Below, piece by piece: positions 1-13,002 of a DNA stretch of 64,000 bases. Origin of the DNA: Octopus vulgaris (taxonomy: Eukaryota); contig OX597824.1 of the NCBI GenBank assembly GCA_951406725.2, positions 94,364,001-94,428,000 of the forward strand, read 5' to 3'. Under the pieces are notes generated by a model, which had not been told where the DNA came from, made no database searches, and saw only the letters and a list, made by a program, of their open reading frames with translations. The position numbers and the translations under genes were made by a program. Within the stretch, counting starts at the first letter, position 1. Each line of letters starts with the position of its first letter.

Positions 1-99
1 TAATGATTAATAATTAATGATTAATGATTAACTATATACTATGCACTTCCTGCAACAAGCTGAACAGAAATTTCAAGTCTTAGCATTCTTCACACATAA

Positions 100-250
100 C
101 TGTATACCATATATATGTATATGTGTGTGTGTGTGTATTTATATATACACATATATGTATTATATATGTATATGCATATATATACATACATATATACATA
201 GATATATATATATATATACATACATATATATAGATATATACATATGTATG

Positions 251-335
<85 letters not shown>

Positions 336-341
336 TATATG

Positions 342-402
<61 letters not shown>

Positions 403-558
403 GGGAGAGAGAGATGAATACATATGAAAAAGATGATGTTAAAACTTAGGTAAATAAGCTTACCTTTTATTAAACATAATCACTCCTGGAACTTTTTGAT
501 ATTACCACGTGTATATATGTGTGTGTGTGCATGTATGTGCATATATATATAACATATG

Positions 559-596
<38 letters not shown>

Positions 597-678
597 ATAG
601 TTGGAATTTACGAAAAAATATACAAAGCAAAAGACGAAGATGGTGTGTAAACAACAAACATGTATATGTGTATATGTG

Positions 679-718
<40 letters not shown>

Positions 719-899
719 CATACATATACATATATACATGCATACATACGTGATAATTATACGTACATTCATATATATGATATATATATCTATATATATT
801 GATATATATATATATATATATATATAAAAAAAAAGCATGCACATATCTATCTATATATATATACATATATAGAATATATAGGCATTAAAGCATATGCAC

Positions 900-935
<36 letters not shown>

Positions 936-1135
936 TATATATATATACTATATATATATATGTGTGGGAGGGGGAATTTATGCGGATATATACTGTATAT
1001 ACATATATATGTATATATGTATGAATTTATAAATATATGTATGCACATATAAACATAGATACATGTGTGTGTGTGCGTTTGTGTGTCCGTCTGTCACTGA
1101 GCGTTTGTGTGTGTATGTGTGTGTGTGTGTGTACG
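100..1135. repeat. Compound (TA)n/(CA)n/(GA)n microsatellite field
   Basis: Directly visible dinucleotide runs. Similar fields recur across the window (e.g. 6000-7130, 11150-11790, 15930-17720, 25860-27990, 29030-30310, 32800-33990, 46240-46680, 52570-53830, 59680-63050). Confidence 0.97.
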
Positions 1136-1504
1136 GTTACATTTTTCTACTTTTTCTAAAATCCCGCTGCAGACGTGAAGCAAAATTGAGAATCAAGAAA
1201 CTTCTATGGCTGCCTGTGTGGATTCACTGATAAATTGCGCAAGCAAACATTGACAATGTAAAAACGACATTAGTGACATATTCATTTTCTATATCCTCTT
1301 ATTTATTTATTTATTTATCTATTTATTTATTTAATGTTTTTGTTTCGAAGTGTCTATTCCTTTTTTTATTATTATTATTATTTACGTATGGCGTCATTTA
1401 ATATTCCAATATTTCATAGAGATGTCAGCAATTGGAAGGCGGCATGATTCTATTTCAAATAACTTAATACATTAATAAACTTATGCACAAGGACGCACAC
1501 CTCT

Positions 1505-1714
<210 letters not shown>

Positions 1715-1726
1715 TTATATATATAT

Positions 1727-1896
1727 ATTAGAAAAAACCACCTTTTATCAATTCAAAATGAACGATTAAATTACACCATCTAGAAAATTACATATAATAG
1801 AAATATTAAATATAAAATAATAATATACCGATGTAATTTTCTAGATGGTGTAATTTAATTTTTCATTTTGAATTGATAAAAGGTGTTTTCTCTAAT
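1727..1896. repeat. Inverted repeat with ~65-bp arms (fold-back)
   Basis: attagaaaaaaccaccttttatcaattcaaaatgaa..ttaaattacaccatctagaaaatttacat (1727-1793) is the reverse complement of atgtaattttctagatggtgtaatttaa..ttcattttgaattgataaaaggtgttttctctaat (1831-1896). Confidence 0.9.
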
Positions 1897-2000
1897 TTTT
1901 ATATATATATTATACATATTTTGTGGAATTTTGATTTAGTATTTCTAAACTGAATTTTTCCCTGTAAGTTAGGAATAATATTTCCTCAAATTATTTCAAT

Positions 2001-2054
<54 letters not shown>

Positions 2055-2357
2055 TAAAGGTGTTGCTGTATGGTAAGAAGCTTTCTTCCCTACCACATGG
2101 TATATATATATATATATATACGACGGGCTTCTTTCAGTTTCCATCTACCAAATCCAATCACAAGGTATTTTTGTCCATTTGAAGCTGGGTGGGATTTATT
2201 GGTCGTTTTAATTTCCGTTTTTCTGCTTGAACTGTTTTTCTTTTCTTGAACTGTTTTCTGTTTTTTTCTTTTCTATTTGGGACCTTTTGTTGTTTCTTTT
2301 CTTTGCCTTATTCTGTGGCCTTTTTTTTTCGGGAACTTTATATAATTTATTTACAAC

Positions 2358-3000
2358 ATGGCAAAAAGAATGGAACCACTGTCTTCGAGTGGGAGGTTGC
2401 CCGGCCCAAGCAATGGCTGAAGAACTTCGAAAAAAGAACGGTGGTGCTGAGGAGCTATTCTCAGTCGCTCGGCACCATCGTTCAATTTAACAAGGAAATC
2501 ATTGAAAAAGAGCTGGCAGACTATCTGCCAACGGTAAAATTCATCGCTCGGGGGACCAAATTTGCAACGGTCTGGTTGCTGTTTGGTACCCCCGAGCAAG
2601 TTGGTACATTTGCTAGCAAGCCCCTTGATGGGGAGCGAGATTTTGTTCCTCCCCACTTATTGTGGGAGGAAGATAAGAAGAGCCTGGGTGTGCGGGATGG
2701 ATAGAGGATACAATCCAGCGGGATGGATAGAGGATACCATCCGGCGAGGCCTGGGGGATAGTGGGCCCAGGTTATTGAGTGTGAATATAGCTCCTGCGGT
2801 CGACTGGGAGAGGTCAAAGGCAACTTTGACCCTGTGCACCCCGGTGGCCGTTGGAGATATGATATTCCCAAACTTCCTAAAAATGGCCGGGTACAGATAC
2901 TCGGTGATACTTGAGGGACGCTCCCCCCCTCAAGTGTCACCTGTGCCTGGAGCCTGGTCATATCAAGAAGAACTGCCCCAAAGGCTGTGGTAAGGCCCTG
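2358..3000 (+). mobile_element. Frameshifted ORF1 (gag-like, CCHC zinc knuckle) of an L1/Tx1-type non-LTR retrotransposon
   Basis: Joining frames gives MAK-KNGTTVFEWEVARPKQWLKNFEKRTVVLRSY..FASKPL/MGSEILFLPTYCGRKIRR..YSVILEGR/KCHLCLEPGHIKKNCP. The last part (~2932-2979) is a perfect CX2CX4HX4C knuckle. Frameshifts lie near 2365, 2625 and in the C-run at ~2923-2929. GC-richer island. Confidence 0.75.
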
Positions 3001-3264
3001 AGGCATAAAAAGAAAAAGTGCCCGCCGCCCCCTCATTGGAGGGGGAGATGGTGCAAGTCGTGGAGGAAGTTGCCTCCATGAAAAGAAAACGAAAGGTGAG
3101 CAACAATGTATAGTGTTATTGGACGCTCAGGAAAGGAAAGAAAGAAGGAGGATTTAACGTTTCGGGCGGAGATCTTCGTCAGAAACATAGAAAGAGGAAA
3201 GGTTCAAGGAAGGGAAGACGGAGAAAGAAAATCGCCAACGATACACACGCGATCCCATAGAATA

Positions 3265-3830
3265 TATCTATGTGTTTCCTTGTGTCTATGTTTGTCCACC
3301 CACCACCGTTGAGCAACCGATGCTAGTGTGTTAACGAAACCGATAGAATACATGCCAGGATTAACAAAAAGGTAAGTAATCGGGTCGGTTCATTCGATTA
3401 AAACAAAAAGTTTCAAGATGGTGCCCCAGCATGGCCGCAAGTGTGGCTGTGTGGTAAATATCTTGCTTACCAACCACATGTTTCCGGGTTCATTCCTACC
3501 ATGTGGCACCTTGGGCAAGTCTTCTATAGCCTCGGCCGACCAAAACCTTGTGAGTGGATTTGGTAGACGGAAACTGAAAGAAGCCCGTCGTATATATGAA
3601 TATATATATGTATGTGTGTATATGTTTGTGTGTCTGAGTTTGTGTCCCCAACATCGCTTGACAACCAATGGTGGTTTGTTTACGCCCGCGTAACTTAGCG
3701 GTTCGGCAAAAGAGACCGATAGAATAAATACTAGGCTTCCAAAGAATAAGTCCTGGGGTCGATATGCTCGGCTAAAGGCGGTGCTCCAGCATGGCCGCTG
3801 TCAAATGACTGAAACAAGTAAAAGAGAGAG
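3265..3830 (+). mobile_element. tRNA-derived CORE-like SINE family A: 3' fragment (3265-3440) followed by a near full copy (3441-3830)
   Basis: Head gtggctgtgtggtaa..gggttca (A/B-box-like), CORE-like caccttgggcaagt, internal (TA)/(TG) tract, and tail ..gcggttcggcaaaagagaccgatagaata..ccagcatggccgc..tgactgaaacaagtaaaagag. Repeated many times in this window. Confidence 0.9.
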
Positions 3831-4321
3831 TAAAGGAAAATATGTATGTAAGGGTATGCGTGCGTGTACTTGTATATATGGATGTCCATATTTATGCCTG
3901 TGTGAATAAAATAATCGGAAAAGGCTTTTCTTTAAGCTTATATTAAAGACACCAACTGCATTTTAGTTTTAACTTGTTTTATTATTAAACAAATAATATG
4001 GTTTTCTTATTTTGGCTTTTACTTTCTACTCATTTGATTGTCGTATAACCAGGCAGAAAAACCTTAGTAAACAACACATCTATCTAATGTAGAATTTTCC
4101 ACAAAATACGTGATTAATTGCGTAGCTAATATTCATAATAGTACGATGCTAAAATAAATACACAGATATCCACATCTACGCTTATCACACATAAAATCTG
4201 ACTGGCTAATGAAAAATTCGAATTGCAGCAGTGATGGTGACACCAATCATACTGGTCGTACTTACGATAAAGAGACAATACACACCAATTTTACTTCAGC
4301 CTGAAGATGAGACCGTGAAAG

Positions 4322-4735
4322 CATGGCCGCGTGGCTAAGAAGTTCGCTTTGCAGCCACGTGATTTTGGGTTCAGGCCCACTGCGATGCACCTTGGGTAAA
4401 TGTTTTCTACTATAACCCCCGGCCGACTAAAGCCTTATGGGTGAATTTGGTAGACGGAAACTGTAAGAAATCCTGTCGTATGCATATATATGTGTGCGTT
4501 TGCGTGCGTGCTTCTATGTATGTGTATGTGTGGGCACTTGCGTTTGTTTGTCACACACACACATCCTCACCTGCCAACCTATGTTAGTTTGTTTACATCC
4601 TCGTAAACTAGCGGTTCAGCAAAAGGCATCGACAGGATAAGTACCAGGCTTCAAACAATTAGTACTGGGGGTGATTTGGTTCGACTAAACTCTTCAAGGT
4701 GGTGCCCCAGCATGGCCGCATTGTGACAAACGAAA
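4322..4735 (+). mobile_element. SINE family A, diverged copy
   Basis: Same head, caccttggg core, gtagacggaaact and ggtgccccagcatggccgca tail. Confidence 0.85.
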
Positions 4736-5114
4736 TATTATTAAGTGAATTTTACGCATTTCGGATTCATAGAATGTCTTGGACGCTTTATGCTGGAATA
4801 CATTTCATGATTTCGCAGAGAATAACAGATTTGTCACAAAAGATTCTTCATGGCTTTTCCATAAGAAATATCTTCAGAAAAGGAATCAAAATGTTTCCTG
4901 TTACAATAAAAGAGGAATCGTGGATCAATATGGTGGGGTGGGGTGGAAAGGATTTTAAATGTTACTTAGGTACTTAGATAGGTTTCGACCGCTATTGGCC
5001 CAAAACTTTGAGTCACTTAATAGTAACACCCAGAGAGAAGACGTTTAAACATATTTCACGTAACAGCCATACTTTGGGAACCGTGGCCTATTAAGCAAAG
5101 AGTTTGCAGAGATA

Positions 5115-5740
5115 TATATGTGGTTTATCTGGAATTTGTTGGAGGAATTCTTCAAGAACCGTCATTTATGTGTCTTGGCGTGATATTAAAGAAAGCAGGA
5201 CAGATTAAGTGAAATAGTTCCGTCTTGATGTTGTAATATGACTAGTTCAATAGTTTTTGTAGAACGGGTGACAAGTGGAGGACCAAGCTCTTGGATGAAT
5301 TTTAAAGTCGATGCCAATATCATATGAACAATGCAAATAATATAGGGTTTTAGGGGGCGCTGGAAGAAGTGAAGTTTGAGGAATTCATCCAGGAATCGTT
5401 TGAAGGTTATGAGAGCTTTTCTTTCCTTTACGTCTTGGCGTAATGTTAAAGAGAGCAGGACACATTATGTGAAATAGTTGCCTTAAAGTTGTAATGTGAC
5501 GCGAATTCCTTTGTTTTTATAGAACGGGCACAAATAATATAGCGCCTTCGGTGGCGCTGGAGGAAGAGAAGTTTGAGGAATTCATTCAGGAATCGTTTGA
5601 AGGCGATGGGATCTTTTTTCTTCCCTTCGGTGCTTTGCCCATGATATTAAAGAGAGCAGAAGCAGTTGAGGTGAAATATTTTGTCTTAGTGTTGCGATGC
5701 GATGCGAGCATGATTCTCGTTGAGGACGGATGGTTCGGGA
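5115..5740 (-). mobile_element. Three tandem degenerate 3' ends of a CR1/L2-like LINE ORF2
   Basis: Units of ~200 bp (~5115-5275, 5355-5530, 5550-5735). The minus strand reads ..KYFTSTASALFNIM..FKRFLNEFL.. and FLQQIPDKP, resembling C-terminal motifs of CR1-group ORF2. Confidence 0.6.
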
Positions 5741-6380
5741 ACCAGACCTTGGTTGCATGAGTTATAGTAGTATAATAAAAATTAATAAAAATTGACAGAT
5801 GGAGACGAAAACTTCTAGAAGGCAATTCAATGGAAGATTTAATTCTTTGCTTTTAAGCAGACTCTCTCAGCAATTTCTAACGTTTTACTATAAACAATCG
5901 CTATTTAGCATTGGTTATTGATTTTTAGTCTTTTCAAATAAAAACTGAGTGAAATTAAAAGAAAAATTATGTATGTAATTATTTTACCTACATACTTTAC
6001 ACACACACACATATATATATATTTACATGCTAACTACATATGCATATATATATACATGCATATATATATATATATGTGTCTTTATGTATTTATATGTATA
6101 TACGTGTGTGTATGTATATGTACATACACACTTAAATACATACATACATACATACTTATATACATACATACATACATACATACATACATACATAGATATT
6201 ACACACGCTCGCAGTTATATACGCACGTACAGACATACTTTTACCTAAAAGCAATTTTATGTCGGCATAAGATATACACGAACACACAAATATGCGCACT
6301 TATGCACAAATGTTGCAAAGCTCCATATGCATGGTTATCTATAATGATTATATACATTTGTATATACATACATACATGCA

Positions 6381-6432
<52 letters not shown>

Positions 6433-6703
6433 TATATAAAACACATATGCATTACAAATATGTACATATGCACATACATACATACATACATACATACATA
6501 CATACGTATACACATACCTTTGAATACATAGGTATATGTGAGTGCGTGCGTGTATATTTGTATTCGGCAAAACAAGTATGCATTGTTAGGGGCGAATGCA
6601 TTAATGATCACATAAGCATTGGCACGACACAACTACTTACACACACACACACACACAATATATATATATATATGTGTGTGTGTGTGTATGAATGTGTACA
6701 TGC

Positions 6704-6739
<36 letters not shown>

Positions 6740-7038
6740 GTATATATATATATAGTTGTGCGTGTGTATGTATGTGTACATGCATATATATGTGTGTGTG
6801 AGTATGTGTACATGAATATATATATATAGATGTGTGTGTATGTATGTATGTATACATGCATATATGTGTGTGTGTATACAGGCATATATGTGTGTGTGTA
6901 TGTGTGTGTACATGCATATATATATGTACATACATACATATATATATATATACATATACACACATATACATATGTACATACATAAACACATACATAAATA
7001 TATATATATATATATGTGCATATATATATATATACATG

Positions 7039-7095
<57 letters not shown>

Positions 7096-7779
7096 ATATA
7101 TACACGCATGCATATGTGCACGCGTGTATATGTTTTATTTTATTTTATATTTTTTTTCTATTAACATAACATCATATATCCATTAATATACATCCTGTGC
7201 AGATATTTTATATTTGATACCAAATATTAGTCACATATGAAGAAAAAACAACAAAAAAACAAAAAAAAGCAAAAAAAAAAAAACAAAAAACAAAAGCGAG
7301 AGCATATTTTCATCTGCATTCAGCAAAGATTTGATTGTTTTGTTCGAAATTTTTCTGTGTATTTATCATATTTTTTTTTTATTGTTGTTGTTGTTGTTGT
7401 TGTTGTTGCAGTTGTTTTTATTTAGCTTGTGTTGTTTGTTCAGATTTCATCTTCTTTCAAAATATTCCGCGCGCGCGCGCGCGCGGGGCTGGATGGGTGG
7501 GGTCGTTCGCGTGTGTGATTGTACGTGTGTGTGTACGCGTAGGTTTAAGCGTGTGTGTGTGTGTGTGACTGTGTGTTTTTGTGAATGTGATTTCACGTAT
7601 GCTGGTTTGTGATATATATATATATATATATATACACATCATATAATAACATATATAATATATATATATATACCATATAATATATATATATATACATATA
7701 TGTGATATATTTTATATTTATGATGTAATACATATATATATATTTACACGCACAAACGTACTTATATGCATAATATATC

Positions 7780-8130
7780 CATATATATTTGTGTGTGTGT
7801 ATAATATGTCTATATAATATATATATGCGTGTGTATGTGTGTGCGTATAATATGTCTATATATAATATATCTATTTCATGTGTGTATATATGTCTATATA
7901 TAACATATATATTTTATGTGTGTGTATAATATCTGTGTATAATATATATATACATATATTATATATATGTGTGTGTGTAATATGTCTATATATAATATAT
8001 ATATTTCATGTATGTGTGTATATATATTATATAAAATTATTATTATATATGTGTGTGTATGATGTCTATGTATGACATATATATTTTATGCGTGTGTGTA
8101 TGATATGTCTATAAATATATATTATATATG
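7780..8130. repeat. Degenerate ~55-60-bp minisatellite built on microsatellites
   Basis: The unit gtgtgtgtataatatgtctatataatatatat recurs about 6 times. Confidence 0.75.
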
Positions 8131-8497
8131 TATGTGCGTGTGTGTGAATGTGTGTCTGTGTGTGTGTATCTGTGTGTGCGTTGTATTGTCTTTCATTTAT
8201 TTGAAATAAATAATTTTTCGACCATTGAATTATCATCATTGGAAAATATTGTATTTATTAATATCATCCCAGTCGTCTTCATCATCGCCATGCCTCGCAT
8301 CTCCAGCACTATGGTCATCATCACCATCATCATCATCGTTATAAATTGTAGCGGCATCAGCAATAACAGCGACCATAGCAGAATCGCCATTATCCTCAAA
8401 GCTGCAGATAACAATAGCAATGTAAACTATATAAATATTATTGCCAAAAAATCATCAACACCGCAATTGTTATTGTTATTATTATTATTATTATTAA

Positions 8498-8537
<40 letters not shown>

Positions 8538-8547
8538 GTTATTGTTA

Positions 8548-8627
<80 letters not shown>

Positions 8628-9035
8628 AAGGCGGCGAGCTGGCAGAAACATTAGCACGCCGGGCAAAATGCTTAGCGGCATTTCGTCTGTCTCTACGTTC
8701 TGAGTTCAAATTTCGCCGAGGTCGACTTTGCCTTTCATCCTTTCGGGGTCGATAAATTAAGTACCAGTTGCGTACTGGGTTCGATATAAACGACTGGCCC
8801 CCTCCCCCAAAATTTTGGGCCTTGTGCCTAGAGTAGAAAAGAACCGTTATCGCACAGGACGAAATGCATAGCGGTATTTCGCCCGTCGCTACGTTCCGAG
8901 TTCAAATTCTGACGAGATTGACTTTGCCTTTCATCCTTTCGAGGTCGATTAAACAAGTACCAGTTAGTTACACGGTGGGGTCGAAGTAATTGACTTAATC
9001 CCCTCACCCCAAGCTGCCCTTTTTGCAAAAAAATT
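8628..9035 (+). mobile_element. tRNA-derived SINE family B, dimeric arrangement
   Basis: Head ggcggcgagctggcagaaacattagcacgccgggc..gagttcaaat and core gtcgactttgcctttcatcctttcggggtcgataaattaagtaccag, which resembles the conserved central domains of MetaSINE/Nin-type SINEs (from memory). Preceded by (TTA)n. Confidence 0.88.
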
Positions 9036-9039
9036 GAAA

Positions 9040-9097
<58 letters not shown>

Positions 9098-9107
9098 CAT
9101 CATCATT

Positions 9108-9325
9108 CAGGCGGCGATCTGGCAGAATCGTTGGAGCGTCGAACAGAAAGCTTAACAGCATTTCTTCCGGCTCATTACGTTTTAAGTTCAAATGCTGCCG
9201 TAGTCAATGTGGCATTTTATCCTTTCAATAATATAAGGTACCAGCGAAGTACTGGAATCGTTATAGTCGACTAACCTCTCTCCTCGCTAAAATTATTAGT
9301 CTTGTGACAAATTTGAACCAAGTAG
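9108..9325 (+). mobile_element. SINE family B, diverged copy
   Basis: ggcggcgatctggcagaatcgtt..agttcaaatgc..aaggtaccagcgaagtactgg, preceded by (TTA)n. Confidence 0.75.
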
Positions 9326-9399
9326 TTATTGTTGTTTTTGCTGGTGGCAATGATTGTGTCTACAATACGTCGCTTCGAGTCTTTCGTAAGTTTTATGCT

Positions 9400-9690
9400 T
9401 TTATAATGGAAGGCAAGGTTTACGATATCGGAAGAATATCGTCTCCTTGTTCTTCCATCATCTTTTTGTCCTTCCTATAGTTCAGGCTTCCGGCAGGCGA
9501 AGAGAGAAGACTTCAAGTACAAACGCTATTTTACAACTGGTTTATTTACAGGATTCACAGGATAGGTGAAGTGTGCTGCTCTCAGCTACCATCTTTGTCT
9601 GTGTGCGTTGTGTAGTCAGTGGTGGCGTTCACAAAGTGGCGCCAAAAAGAAAGATTTGAGTCAGGTTTTCCCTTTATATATAGTTTTCCA
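9400..9690 (-). mobile_element. Possible solo-LTR-like fragment
   Basis: The minus strand has a TATA-like tatataaa (~9672-9680) followed ~130 bp later by AATAAA (~9541-9546). No clear TG..CA ends or target-site duplication seen. Confidence 0.3.
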
Positions 9691-10045
9691 TCGCGCGCAC
9701 ACACACACACAAACACAAAGACACTTTAAGTCGTAGAATAAGATTTTTGGGTATTAAATTTATTCTTTAGTTACGTGCGTTTCAACAATACACGGCAGAT
9801 ATTTATCTTTTATATGAATATAGATATCAATAAAAGTATAAATTGTTTCTAATATTTCGACATATTTCATGTGATCCGTGTGCATGTCACCAGACGAGGT
9901 TAAATAATGACAGCCGTATGTGCATGTGTGTGTGTGTGTGAGTGTGTGAGTGTGTGAGTGTTTGTGGATGTGTGTATGTACATATATATGCGTGTCTACA
10001 TATGTATCTAAGAATGTATTCTTATATTTATATATATATGTGTGT

Positions 10046-10099
<54 letters not shown>

Positions 10100-10220
10100 C
10101 TGCTCGTATATCCTCATATTTTTCTAAACACCTTAATAGCTCATTTTTTCTACGCATGAATGTTCCTTGGAGCAATAAAAGAAATTATCATCATCACCAT
10201 CGTCATCAACATCATTGCCA

Positions 10221-10299
<79 letters not shown>

Positions 10300-10570
10300 T
10301 CCATTACCATTTAATTTGAAATTTTTTTTTCATAACATTTCGCATTAAAAAATATTTCACACATTTTTTTCTTTACTCTTTTTGAGACGCTTTATTGATT
10401 GTAAATCGTCAATGCAAGATATTTTCCCAATATATACATATTCATTTTATTGCTGACATTCTTCTTAATGTTACTTTTCTTATATCATATGTATTATAAT
10501 CATTATTATCATTATTTGTAATGATATTATCATCAGCATATCCTATTATTATCATTAATAATAATTTCGC

Positions 10571-10624
<54 letters not shown>

Positions 10625-10625
<1 letters not shown>

Positions 10626-10736
10626 GCCTTCACACAGCTTCTAACGCTGGAGATGTACTACGGTGTCAGTTGTTCACTATCAGTGAACTAAGGTAACACC
10701 TCTTATTTTTCGAGCACCTTCCGGAGTATTCGAGAG

Positions 10737-10738
<2 letters not shown>
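10625..10738 (-). mobile_element. Extreme 3' end of an RLE (R4/Dong-like) LINE inside an (AAT)n array
   Basis: The minus strand encodes ..[10 protein letters not shown] (cf. GTAHILRRTLSIQ* at the end of the 43128 element), then a ~80-nt UTR running into aataataat. (TTA)n flanks both sides. Confidence 0.7.
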
Positions 10739-10778
<40 letters not shown>

Positions 10779-10788
10779 GTTATTGTTA

Positions 10789-10874
<86 letters not shown>

Positions 10875-10875
10875 G

Positions 10876-10946
<71 letters not shown>

Positions 10947-10980
10947 GTTATTGTTATTGTTATTATTATTATTATTATTA

Positions 10981-11013
<33 letters not shown>

Positions 11014-11195
11014 GAAGGCGGTGAGATGGCAGAATCGTTAGCACGCTGGACGAAATGCTTAGCGGTATTACGTTCCGAGTTCAAAAACCTATCAGACTTT
11101 CGGAATCGTATTAAAGACGAACAGCATTTCAAACACTTTGCTTTGAAGAGGTATATATACATATATATATATATATATGAAAATTACACTACCAG

Positions 11196-11264
<69 letters not shown>

Positions 11265-11266
<2 letters not shown>

Positions 11267-11316
11267 TTTTTTTCAGATATGTTACGTTGAAGATATATAT
11301 ATATGTATATATATCA

Positions 11317-11356
<40 letters not shown>

Positions 11357-11406
11357 CTTTTTTTCAGATATGTTACGTTGAAGATATATATATATGTATA
11401 TATATC

Positions 11407-11410
<4 letters not shown>
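11265..11410 (+). repeat. Local tandem duplication (~87 bp)
   Basis: tttttttcagatatgttacgttgaagatatatatatatgtatatatatcatat occurs at ~11268 and ~11358. Confidence 0.85.
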
Positions 11411-11457
<47 letters not shown>

Positions 11458-11986
11458 TATATATATTACATTATATTATATATATATCATATATTATAAA
11501 TATATATAATATATTATATATATATAATATATATATATATTATATATAATATTATATATATATATATATACACACACACATATATATATATATATTTATA
11601 TATATATATATATCATATATATATATATTATATGTATATATCATGTATTACGTACGTATGTTCGTATGCTTGTATGTCTGCATGCATATATTTATATGAG
11701 CGTGTGTATACACACACATATATATACCTATGTGTATGTATATATATGTGTGTGTGTATGTGTGTTTGTGTACATATACACACCCACACACATTATGTGG
11801 GCGATATTTTCAACTGAGACCTTCCAATTGCATCTGATTCTTCAACTGCTTCCATTCTGTCTATGCACATATATTTACCAAGCCGTCGGCACTTATCAAT
11901 GATTTTTTTCCCCATTGTGCTGATGTGCCATTTTCTATCATCAATAAATCTATCGCCAGTTTTGACGACACGAGTATACTAGTCAA

Positions 11987-12069
<83 letters not shown>

Positions 12070-12463
12070 ATATATTCCTACCTCCCCTCATTGTTCTTCT
12101 TCTCAGTCATTCATTCCTCCATCCTCCCACCTACATGTTTATAGATAAGTTATTTTCTTGGCTTTTGTTTTCATTTGTTTTCGCTTTGATATTGTTTCCG
12201 GTCGGTTTTTTCTCCCCGTTTTCATCTTTATTTATTGTTTTATAAATCCTCATAAGAAACTGTAATCGAAGTCTAATGTAATATGTAAAAATCTATAAGA
12301 CTAAATCGTTTGCTTCTTGACAATAGAATTCTAGGACACGAGAGCAAACACGAGAAGCGAATGAAACGAACATGGTTAAACAGCAGACGATGGTGTGTGT
12401 GTGTGTGTGTGTGTGTGTGAAGAGCTATTCACATGTTACATTATATGTGTGAGTGTGTGTGTG

Positions 12464-12514
<51 letters not shown>

Positions 12515-12559
12515 GTGTATGTATGTATACATATAAACAAATAGATAGATAGATAGATC

Positions 12560-12650
<91 letters not shown>

Positions 12651-12653
<3 letters not shown>

Positions 12654-12934
12654 TTCTTTATTGGCCACAAAGTGCTGAACACAGAAGGGGAAAATACAAA
12701 TGTAGAGCTTTTCTTTTTGAAAATGGAAAAGAAAAACGAAAAAAAGGGAACAAATGTAAAATTCCGGTCAAAAGGGATCGGGAAAAAAGAAAGCGACCAA
12801 AAAGGATCGTGTATCACAGAAAGGAATTTTTTTAAAAGCACGAAACAAAATTAATTCATCCGTGGAAAGAAAAGCCTACAGAAAAGACCACGGTAACCTC
12901 AGGCAGGGAGGAAATAAACACATGAGAGCGAAGT

Positions 12935-13002
<68 letters not shown>

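Noticed and set aside
4298-4335. Hammerhead-like ctgaaga..gaaa
   Set aside because: No stem II pairing and no valid stem III/UH. It abuts a SINE head.
5115-5740. CRISPR-like repeat/spacer array
   Set aside because: Eukaryotic context, units of ~200 bp that are diverged and LINE-derived, and no constant repeat with unique spacers.
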